From positions 254,386 through 318,385 of the forward strand of contig CABYTF010000001.1 in assembly GCA_902521725.1 (NCBI GenBank): a DNA stretch of 64,000 nucleotides. The letters run 5' to 3'. The notes beneath the pieces were generated by a model, which saw nothing but the letters and a program-made list of their open reading frames with translations, was not told the origin of the DNA and did not search any database. Origin of the DNA: an uncultured Gammaproteobacteria bacterium (lineage in GTDB: Bacteria; Pseudomonadota; Gammaproteobacteria; GCA-002705445; GCA-002716945). Position 1 is the stretch's first letter. Each line of letters opens with the position of its first letter. The translations under genes were made by a program, and so were the position numbers. Positions 54,912 to 64,000 of the stretch are shown in pieces.

Positions 54912-56130
54912 TATGCTTTTCTATGTTAGAAATATACTCGTGAATTATAGATGCTTTAGCATCTAACAATAATTTAGCATTCTTCTCGAAGATTATTCTT
55001 TTAGATTTTGATCTGAAAAGCTTTTCGAATATATTCTTTAACATTTCAGGTTTTTGACACATAATAAGTGCATTATTTTTTAGAAACTCTTCAGTTTCTT
55101 CAACAAAATTATACATGTACGGACCTACTATAATTGCTTTCGAGTATGCAGCTGCTTCCATGAAAGAGTGTCCACCAACATCAACGAACGATCCTCCAAA
55201 TATTGCGAATTCTGAGTATTTAATTAAATTGCTCATTTCACCCAAAGTATCTGCTATGTAAATTTGTGTTGAACCTCTTATTTTTTCTGCCTTGCTTCTA
55301 ATTGCGATATTCACACCAGATAAAGGTATATCTGATAATATATCCCCTAGTCTTTCTGGATGTCTAGGTGCTATAACTAAAAGATATTTGTTGGATTTCA
55401 GTTTCAGCCACTCTTTGATTATTATTATCTCTTCTCTGTGATGCGATGATGCAAGAAGAACATATTTCTTATCAACAATTCGCTCTGTATTCACATCACT
55501 ACTTACTAATGAGTGTTTAATATTGCCCGTGAGACTTATTTTACTTTCCTCTATATATTCTTTGAATGCTGATACATCCTGCTGTGACTTACAATACACA
55601 TGATCGATCTTATCTAGAGTACTTCTATATAAACTTTTTGACATCAAGCCAAGAAGCCCTTGAGGAGGATTGAATCTTCCATTGATAGTTATTATATTAG
55701 TTTTATTCTTTTTACAGGAGTGATAAAGGTTTGGCCAAATTTCCGTTTCAACTATGATCAGTAAGTCCGCAGATACAGATTTAACAAACTTTTGTGTTGC
55801 GAAGAAAAAATCCAATGGAAGATAGCAATGATCAATTCCTTTTAAGTCGGATCCTTTATAAATAAATTCAGATGATGGAGTGTTTGATGTTATCAGAATA
55901 TCTTTGTAACCCTTTTCAAGTAGATACTTTGTGACTTCAATAGCTATTTTCATCTCGCCTACTGATGCTGCATGTAGCCAGAGGGAATACTCTTTGGTCA
56001 AGCTTTTCCCAAATAGCTTGTTACTAATATAAGATAACGATGTAGAATTTTTCAGACCATAGATAATTAATTTGAGTAGGATAAATGGTGATGTTAGATA
56101 TAATAAAAAATTATACTTAAGCATTACCAA
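54892..56130 (-). CDS. waaA: 3-deoxy-D-manno-octulosonic acid transferase
   Basis: 412 aa; WLHAASVGE N-terminal motif and the GT30 fold. Confidence 0.9.
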   Translation of the reverse strand: MVMLKYNFLLYLTSPFILLKLIIYGLKNSTSLSYISNKLFGKSLTKEYSLWLHAASVGEMKIAIEVTKYLLEKGYKDILITSNTPSSEFIYKGSDLKGIDHCYLPLDFFFATQKFVKSVSADLLIIVETEIWPNLYHSCKKNKTNIITINGRFNPPQGLLGLMSKSLYRSTLDKIDHVYCKSQQDVSAFKEYIEESKISLTGNIKHSLVSSDVNTERIVDKKYVLLASSHHREEIIIIKEWLKLKSNKYLLVIAPRHPERLGDILSDIPLSGVNIAIRSKAEKIRGSTQIYIADTLGEMSNLIKYSEFAIFGGSFVDVGGHSFMEAAAYSKAIIVGPYMYNFVEETEEFLKNNALIMCQKPEMLKNIFEKLFRSKSKRIIFEKNAKLLLDAKASIIHEYISNIEKHIIHKPI

Positions 56131-57428
56131 GCAAGATAGGCGTTTATTCTTCTCAGAGACGAAACATTTAGGGTGTTTTGTAAGTGGTTAAGTGTTAACT
56201 CGCTGTAGAGATAATCCATCATAATACTCTTAGCATCGAAGAGTGCTCTGGAGTATTCTAGTTTTGCCTCAAGCATTTGCGTGTTGGTATAGATGCCTTT
56301 TTCATAACCTTTTTGAGCATTTTCATATTTTTTCAGGTAGGTTTTTAATATCTGTAAAGACGTTGAATATAAACCTTCGCTAGTGTTGTAGACATTATAG
56401 TTATCTATAATTTCTTTTCTGATTAACCTTCTAGAATTTGTATGATCAAGACGCGCTTTTTTATAATTTAGCCTCGCCTCCTTAATTTTTGAGGATTGAT
56501 AACCACCGTTAAATATTGGGAAATTTAAAACTAATGAAATCGTCGAATCCTCACGAGTAGTTGCTCCGAACTGAGATCCACCTTGAGTAATATCAAGATA
56601 ATCATATTCCACTACTAGATCAATCGTTGGATAGTGTCTAGATCTTTGTGCGGCTATTTCATTACGATTAATACTCATACCCTGTTTTGACATTCGTATT
56701 GAATTATTATTAGTGTACGCAGAGTTAATTAAATCATCCAGTACTAGATTCTTATGAGTTATCGTCAATAGCTTTATATCATTGATATCATTGAGCTCTT
56801 TTCCTGAGAATATATAAACATCATTTTTTATTTGAGATAGATTATTTTTGCTTATATTTAAGTTATTTTTTGAAGATTCATAATTATTTTTCAGTGTTTC
56901 ATATTCCTCAACAGATATACTTCCGTTTTCAAATAGCTTTGAGGATACCCTGTATCTAGATCTTTGATAGTCATTTTCAATCTCACTTAGCGCAACAGCA
57001 TTCTTGAATTTAATTAGATTAAAATAATGTCTTACAGATTCAAGAATTAGTAGTGATTCAGCATTATCCTTAGTTATTTCATTTTGTTCTAGTGAGCTCT
57101 TAGCTTTTTTGATTTCATCAAATACATAAAGATGAAGTAGTGGCTGTTTTATTGATAAATTATATGTATCTCTATCATAATTAGATGGATCATATGATCC
57201 GAGCGACTTATACCTCTCGATTGTAGTTTCACTAGCTCGTGCATTGAAATTGATTTCTGGGAATACGGTTGATCTAGTTTGTTTGAGAGACTCATTAGCT
57301 ATGCCTACATCGATCTCATTATTTAATATATCAATATTATGATACTTTGCTCTTTCATAAAGATTAATCAGGTCTGTGGCATGACCATTAATTGATAAGA
57401 GTAACATTAAAAAAATAATTTTTTTCAT
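56124..57428 (-). CDS. tolC: TolC-family outer-membrane efflux channel
   Basis: 434 aa; signal peptide; two internal repeats of the outer-membrane-efflux-protein motif. Confidence 0.85.
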   Translation of the reverse strand: MKKIIFLMLLLSINGHATDLINLYERAKYHNIDILNNEIDVGIANESLKQTRSTVFPEINFNARASETTIERYKSLGSYDPSNYDRDTYNLSIKQPLLHLYVFDEIKKAKSSLEQNEITKDNAESLLILESVRHYFNLIKFKNAVALSEIENDYQRSRYRVSSKLFENGSISVEEYETLKNNYESSKNNLNISKNNLSQIKNDVYIFSGKELNDINDIKLLTITHKNLVLDDLINSAYTNNNSIRMSKQGMSINRNEIAAQRSRHYPTIDLVVEYDYLDITQGGSQFGATTREDSTISLVLNFPIFNGGYQSSKIKEARLNYKKARLDHTNSRRLIRKEIIDNYNVYNTSEGLYSTSLQILKTYLKKYENAQKGYEKGIYTNTQMLEAKLEYSRALFDAKSIMMDYLYSELTLNHLQNTLNVSSLRRINAYLAW

Positions 57429-57745
57429 CTGTATTTTTCCATATTGGGATCTACGTCATCAGACCATTTTTCAAGACCGCCCGTAAGATTATATAAGTTA
57501 TTTACTCCATTTTGCTCTAAGTATAATGCGACTGTTCTACTTCTGATTCCATGATGACAAACTATTACATATTCACCTGAGCCCTCAAAATAGTCAATAG
57601 AGTCGGGTATTTTACCCATAGGGATATGTTTGCTATTTTCAATATGGCACTTATCGAATTCCCATTGTTCCCTAACATCAACTATTTTTAGAATAGGGTT
57701 CGAGGCCATCATTTCTTTTATTTCTAAAGGTGTTTTTTCTTGCAT
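57425..57745 (-). CDS. single-domain rhodanese (sulfurtransferase)
   Basis: 106 aa; active-site loop CHHGIRS (Cys-x-x-Gly-x-Arg). Confidence 0.85.
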   Translation of the reverse strand: MQEKTPLEIKEMMASNPILKIVDVREQWEFDKCHIENSKHIPMGKIPDSIDYFEGSGEYVIVCHHGIRSRTVALYLEQNGVNNLYNLTGGLEKWSDDVDPNMEKYR

Positions 57746-58371
57746 TATATTTCTACTATCAAATCAGTCTGTGATGTTACTATATTTTTACTTACTGTGT
57801 AACTATTTCTTGTCTTATCTATTGTTATTCCTAAGCTGTAGGGCGACTTACCTTGCCATAGAAATGTAAAAGTTTTAGAATTTTCACTCAAATAGTCAAT
57901 GAAACAGTCATAGGATCTGACTGAACATGTGAAAATCACTTTCGAATAATTATCTATCTTATCGAGAAAATTGAATATATTCTTGTTTGAGAGATGTATC
58001 TTTTCCCTATTAAAGCTGTGTGCGTTTAAATTGTTATTACCAAATTCAAATAATGTATTGTTACATTCATAAGCGGTTACTGAGCTTGTTAAATGAGATA
58101 TACATTCAGTTAGATGACCGCTCCCATTTCCAATAACTAAAACATTATCGTTTTTATGGAAATCCATCTCTTGAAGAATTTTCGCTTCACATGAAGGTGT
58201 GAGCATGGAAATCCCACATCCAAGAGGCACCGGTATATCAGAATATGAAAAACTTTTATAAGCTTCAGGCACAAAGCTTTGTCTTTTTATCTTTCTGATG
58301 ACACTCAATATTTTTTCATCTAGAATATTATTACTTCGATAGATTTGGTTTAGATGATCATTACTATTCAT
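57745..58371 (-). CDS. protein-L-isoaspartate O-methyltransferase-like methyltransferase
   Basis: 208 aa; collinear with Pcm (ILDEKILSVIRKIKRQSFVPE compared with Pcm VLNALAAVPREKFV; motif I VLVIGNGSGH). Confidence 0.68.
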   Translation of the reverse strand: MNSNDHLNQIYRSNNILDEKILSVIRKIKRQSFVPEAYKSFSYSDIPVPLGCGISMLTPSCEAKILQEMDFHKNDNVLVIGNGSGHLTECISHLTSSVTAYECNNTLFEFGNNNLNAHSFNREKIHLSNKNIFNFLDKIDNYSKVIFTCSVRSYDCFIDYLSENSKTFTFLWQGKSPYSLGITIDKTRNSYTVSKNIVTSQTDLIVEI

Positions 58372-58415
58372 CAGATAATTATATCTATGTTTATGTTACT
58401 ATTGAACTATGTTGA

Positions 58416-60119
<1,704 letters not shown>

Positions 60120-61397
60120 CTATTTTTGAGATGCCTTTAGAGCTTTATCCAAATCCTCTAGTATGTCGTCGATATTCTCAAGACCAATTGACAGCCTTAC
60201 TAGGTCCTCAGGCACACCTGCAGCTTTCAATTCCTCTTTAGATAACTGTCTGTGAGTAGTGCTAGCAGGGTGGCATGCTAGAGACTTAGCATCTCCTATA
60301 TTAACGAGTCTTGTGATTAGCTGAAGATTATCAATAAATATCCCACCTTTTTTCATACCACCTTTGATACCAAAACTTAGGACGCTCGACGCCCTTCCAT
60401 TCATTAGTTTTTTCGTTAGTTTATATTCTTTATGAGATTTTAGGCCAGGATAATTAACCCATGTTACACACTTATGATTTTCTAAAAATTCCGCAACTTT
60501 TGTTGCATTCTCACAATGCCTATCCATTCTTACCGGTAGTGACTCAATTCCTTGAAGAATCAAGAAACTATTAAAAGGAGATATTGCAGCCCCCATATTT
60601 CTGAGTGGTACGACTCTTGCTGCTCCTATGAACGCTGCATCACCCATAGCCTCAGTAAATACAACGCCATGATAAGACATATCAGGTGTGTTAAGTCTTC
60701 TAAATTTAGTTTTGTGTTTCGCCCATGGGAATTTTCCAGAATCTACAATTATCCCCCCTATAGTTGTTCCATGCCCTCCCATATATTTTGTGAGAGAGTG
60801 TACAACTATATCAGCACCGTGCTCGATAGGTCTAAATAAGTATGGCGATGGCACAGTGTTATCGACGATGAGAGGTATGTTATGTTTGTGAGCAATTTTA
60901 GCTATTTCAGGAACATCTACAACATTTGCCGCCGGGTTACCTATAGATTCACAGAAAATTGCTTTAGTTTTTTTATCTATCAGCTTTTCAAGACTCGGAA
61001 TGTCATCATGATCTCCGAACTTTACATCAACTCCAAATCTGGGTAGCTGATGAGCAAATAACGTGTATGTGCCGCCATAAAGAGTACTTGTACTGACAAT
61101 GTTATCTCCAGCTTCGCAAATGGTCATGATCGCATAAGTTGTAGCTGCTGAACCAGAGGCTAATGCTAACGCCCCAATTCCTCCTTCCATAGCCGCAACT
61201 CTTTTCTCCAATACATCAGAAGTCGGGTTCATTATTCGAGTATATATATTACCTGCAACTTTGAGATCAAATAAATCTGCACCGTGTTGAGTATCATCAA
61301 AAGAGTATGATGTTGTTTGGTAAATTGGTACTGCTACTGATTTTGTTGTTGGTTCAGGTGAATATCCACCATGTATTGCTATCGTCTCAAATTTCAT
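60120..61397 (-). CDS. metY: O-acetylhomoserine (thiol)-lyase / sulfhydrylase
   Basis: 425 aa; PLP-dependent Cys/Met-metabolism family; SLTKYMGGHG PLP-lysine motif. Confidence 0.88.
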   Translation of the reverse strand: MKFETIAIHGGYSPEPTTKSVAVPIYQTTSYSFDDTQHGADLFDLKVAGNIYTRIMNPTSDVLEKRVAAMEGGIGALALASGSAATTYAIMTICEAGDNIVSTSTLYGGTYTLFAHQLPRFGVDVKFGDHDDIPSLEKLIDKKTKAIFCESIGNPAANVVDVPEIAKIAHKHNIPLIVDNTVPSPYLFRPIEHGADIVVHSLTKYMGGHGTTIGGIIVDSGKFPWAKHKTKFRRLNTPDMSYHGVVFTEAMGDAAFIGAARVVPLRNMGAAISPFNSFLILQGIESLPVRMDRHCENATKVAEFLENHKCVTWVNYPGLKSHKEYKLTKKLMNGRASSVLSFGIKGGMKKGGIFIDNLQLITRLVNIGDAKSLACHPASTTHRQLSKEELKAAGVPEDLVRLSIGLENIDDILEDLDKALKASQK

Positions 61398-61450
61398 ATT
61401 TTTAACCCCTAAGATTTACTCATCATACAGTTTATAAGATATAGGTCAAA

Positions 61451-62536
61451 TTATCTATTGAAAATATCGTACTGTGAGGGGTCTTCTCTCTTATCACTCA
61501 GCCTAAATCCTATTCCCAGTAGCCTGATAGGCTTGACGATTTTTACCATATTAGAATCGAATAAGTTATCAAATTCACGTAGATCTAAACTTAAACATTT
61601 TTTTTGTCTTGTAATTATTTCAAAATCACTAAATTTTATTTTTAGAAAAATTTCTCGGACATCATTTGTATTGATGCCGGACGATTGACATCTAGCGATA
61701 AGCTTAGTGAATAGAATCGATAATTGTTGTTTACACGTATGGGTATCTTTTAGATCATGAAGAAATGTATCTTCAACGCTGACACTTTTTCTTGTTCTAT
61801 TCGTCTCTATTTCCCTGTTGTCTATTCCTCTAACTAGATTGTGTAGTGTATTTCCATACGACCCAAATATTCTCACCAGTTCATCCTTAGATATTTTCTG
61901 CATATCACTGCAGCTCTTCATATTTAAATTTTCACATTTCTTGAAGTTTACTTTACCTATTCCGGGTATGGACTTTAAACTTACAATTTCTATAAAGCTC
62001 TGGATTTCATCATCACAAATTGAAAATTGGTTATCAGGCTTCTTCCAGTCAGAGCAAATTTTGGCAATCAATTTGTTTGAAGAGATTCCTGCAGACGCGG
62101 TGATACCGAAATCAGCTTTTATACATGATCTAATCTGTCTCGCCATTTCCTCAGGATCTCCCTGGCAATATCTTGACTCTGATACATCTAAAAAAGCTTC
62201 ATCGATTGATACAGGCTCAATTTTGCTCGAATAACATTTGAAAATTTTAAAAATTTCCTCTGATTCTTTTCTATACTTTGTAATATTCACAGGTAATATA
62301 ATAAGGTCTTTGCATAACTGAACGGCCCTTTTTGACGACATTGCAGAGTGAAGTCCATACTTACGTGCAACATAATTGCATGTTGTCAATACACCCCTTT
62401 CATTAGCTTTGCCACCCACTGCAACAGGCTTATTTTTTAGATTTGGATTGTCTCGAATTTCTATTGATGCAAAAAAACTATCCATATCGATATGGATTAT
62501 TTTTCTTTTTTTCCAGATCTTAGATTTTTGATTCAT
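61451..62536 (-). CDS. dinB: DNA polymerase IV
   Basis: 361 aa; IIHIDMDSFFASIE Y-family start. Confidence 0.93.
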   Translation of the reverse strand: MNQKSKIWKKRKIIHIDMDSFFASIEIRDNPNLKNKPVAVGGKANERGVLTTCNYVARKYGLHSAMSSKRAVQLCKDLIILPVNITKYRKESEEIFKIFKCYSSKIEPVSIDEAFLDVSESRYCQGDPEEMARQIRSCIKADFGITASAGISSNKLIAKICSDWKKPDNQFSICDDEIQSFIEIVSLKSIPGIGKVNFKKCENLNMKSCSDMQKISKDELVRIFGSYGNTLHNLVRGIDNREIETNRTRKSVSVEDTFLHDLKDTHTCKQQLSILFTKLIARCQSSGINTNDVREIFLKIKFSDFEIITRQKKCLSLDLREFDNLFDSNMVKIVKPIRLLGIGFRLSDKREDPSQYDIFNR

Positions 62537-62750
62537 CGAGTGTCATTGCTTTAATCGTTAAAGCATGAATCTCGCCTGTTTTTATATATCCATCTAATAA
62601 TGCATATATCATTTTGTGTCTTTGAATAATTGATTTACCCTCAAATACATTACTTATAATACTCACAGTGTATTTAGATTCTGATCCCTCCACTGATAAA
62701 TTATCAAATTTGATTCCTTTTGAGATAGCATCAGTTATTGCATCTTTCAT
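62520..62750 (-). CDS. BolA-family protein
   Basis: 76 aa; BolA fold; 17-nt overlap with dinB. Confidence 0.82.
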   Translation of the reverse strand: MKDAITDAISKGIKFDNLSVEGSESKYTVSIISNVFEGKSIIQRHKMIYALLDGYIKTGEIHALTIKAMTLDESKI

Positions 62751-62753
62751 ACT

Positions 62754-63197
62754 CTATTTCTCCCACAGCTCTGGATTAGCCCAATTTTTGTTATTCAACC
62801 AATCCGGATTATCTTTATAATCTGCTATATCATAAACAAAAACTTCTGCTTTATCACTGTTTGACGATCCGAAATACTTATAACCATAACCAAAAAACAT
62901 ATTCATATACTTAGTAGTATTCTTCTTGAATTTATCATCATTAGCAACAAGTAACATTATATTATTCAAACCGCAATTTTTTTTCAAAACACACGAATCG
63001 GTCAAGCTTCCAAGGTCTGTGATTATTACTAATAGATCCTCATCAGAAAAGACATTTTTTTCATAGCTATCGAGAGAATCTATACTCTCGTAAGTACATG
63101 AGTCTAACTCTTTTAAGATGTCACCATCCTCTACTAGTTTCAAAACTCTTACATTCGATTTATTTCTTATATATTTTGTTATATCCATTCTTCCCAT
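62754..63197 (-). CDS. hypothetical protein
   Basis: 147 aa; soluble; no motif I can assign; overlaps the rsmJ 3' end by 38 nt. Confidence 0.4.
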   Translation of the reverse strand: MGRMDITKYIRNKSNVRVLKLVEDGDILKELDSCTYESIDSLDSYEKNVFSDEDLLVIITDLGSLTDSCVLKKNCGLNNIMLLVANDDKFKKNTTKYMNMFFGYGYKYFGSSNSDKAEVFVYDIADYKDNPDWLNNKNWANPELWEK

Positions 63198-63837
63198 GTA
63201 GCAAGTGATATTTCACTGTCTTACCTTTGTAAGTATTTATAATATCAAAATTATCGTAGTCATTAGAAGATATATGCTCCTTAATTATTATTTTACTGCT
63301 AACTCGTTCAATAGTTTCATGAATGATATTTATGTTCTCATTTATATCATTTTTGACTATTTTCCTAAGAAACTGCTCATTTTTTGAAGGTAAAGCATTT
63401 CTGTTTATGTTGAACATAAAATCAAAATATATATAGTCGAAATGTTTATTCATATTTCTAAGGAAGTCTATACAATCGCCAAATCTAATTTTTATCCTGC
63501 TAAAAACAGATCGAATATCTTCGCTTTTAATTTTCTTATTAGCGTCAATCAATAAAGACATTATTAGAGGGTCCCGCTCAATTAGTGTTATATTATTCCC
63601 CAAAGACGCGAGTATTGCTGCATCTCTTGCAAAACCACCAGTACAATCTAAAATATTCAAATTCTTCGCCTTAAATATATTATTTAATTGATGTTTTTTT
63701 TTATCCAAGAGGACCTTGCTGTAATCATCAAAGGATAGTGACATCTTCATATTTTTTTCATGATCCCTTACTTCATAACCATCAGAAGTTTTATGTAATG
63801 TTATTTTTGGATAATCGGGGATAAGCCTGGACAACAT
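63160..63837 (-). CDS. rsmJ: 16S rRNA (guanine1516-N2)-methyltransferase
   Basis: 225 aa; NILDCTGGFARDAAILASLGNNITLIERDP parallels E. coli RsmJ. Confidence 0.75.
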   Translation of the reverse strand: MLSRLIPDYPKITLHKTSDGYEVRDHEKNMKMSLSFDDYSKVLLDKKKHQLNNIFKAKNLNILDCTGGFARDAAILASLGNNITLIERDPLIMSLLIDANKKIKSEDIRSVFSRIKIRFGDCIDFLRNMNKHFDYIYFDFMFNINRNALPSKNEQFLRKIVKNDINENINIIHETIERVSSKIIIKEHISSNDYDNFDIINTYKGKTVKYHLLHGKNGYNKIYKK

Positions 63838-63843
63838 TTTGTT

Positions 63844-64000
63844 CTATTTAATGCCGCCTATATTAAACTTTCTTCTTACAAGCCTTAAAGTATAATAAAT
63901 AACTGGCCAAATTGAAGCGCTGATGATTGACCCAACTAGCAAAGCTTGATAATCGATATTTCGGTCAATTATAAAATATGCCCAAACTAGCAGATGTTGT
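63844..64000 (-). CDS. C-terminal part of a membrane protein (gene starts beyond window end)
   Basis: My translation gives ...WAYFIIDRNIDYQALLVGSIISASIWPVIYYTLRLVRRKFNIGGIK* ending at 63844; hydrophobic; identity unknown. Confidence 0.3.
   Translation of the reverse strand, partial: QHLLVWAYFIIDRNIDYQALLVGSIISASIWPVIYYTLRLVRRKFNIGGIK

Overview
The sequence is AT-rich and very gene-dense, consistent with a streamlined gammaproteobacterial chromosome. I call about 78 protein-coding genes, almost all housekeeping or core energy metabolism, and find no rRNA, tRNA, CRISPR, transposase, integrase or recognisable defence-system genes. The main contents are: a complete aa3-type cytochrome c oxidase structural and assembly cluster (coxB-coxA-ctaG-coxC, a small 2-TM ORF, surf1, a Sco-like ORF, ctaA-ctaB); a dissimilatory sulfur-oxidation module sat-aprM-aprB-aprA; groESL with a combined sigma-32 promoter and CIRCE operator; the Fur-controlled fbpABC iron transporter; LPS inner-core genes (split hldE, heptosyltransferase, kdkA, waaA); and many conserved pairs (aroK-aroB, rpsU/tsaD, trxA-rho, aroQ-accBC, cutA-dsbD, fis-purHD, folBK, rpmBG, bioH-like plus bioC). 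The gene content (sat plus aprMBA, a rhodanese next to tolC, a reduced genome) suggests a SUP05/Thioglobaceae-like or symbiont-like sulfur oxidiser; this is inference from content, not a database match. I do not see an obvious novel multi-gene system. The best unexplained items are a 117-aa ORF translationally coupled to aprA, a Sco/SenC-like CxxxC protein lacking the expected Cu-binding His inside the cox assembly cluster, and a 147-aa orphan next to bolA. The many zero-gap or overlapping convergent gene ends, which leave no room for intrinsic terminators, are also noteworthy.
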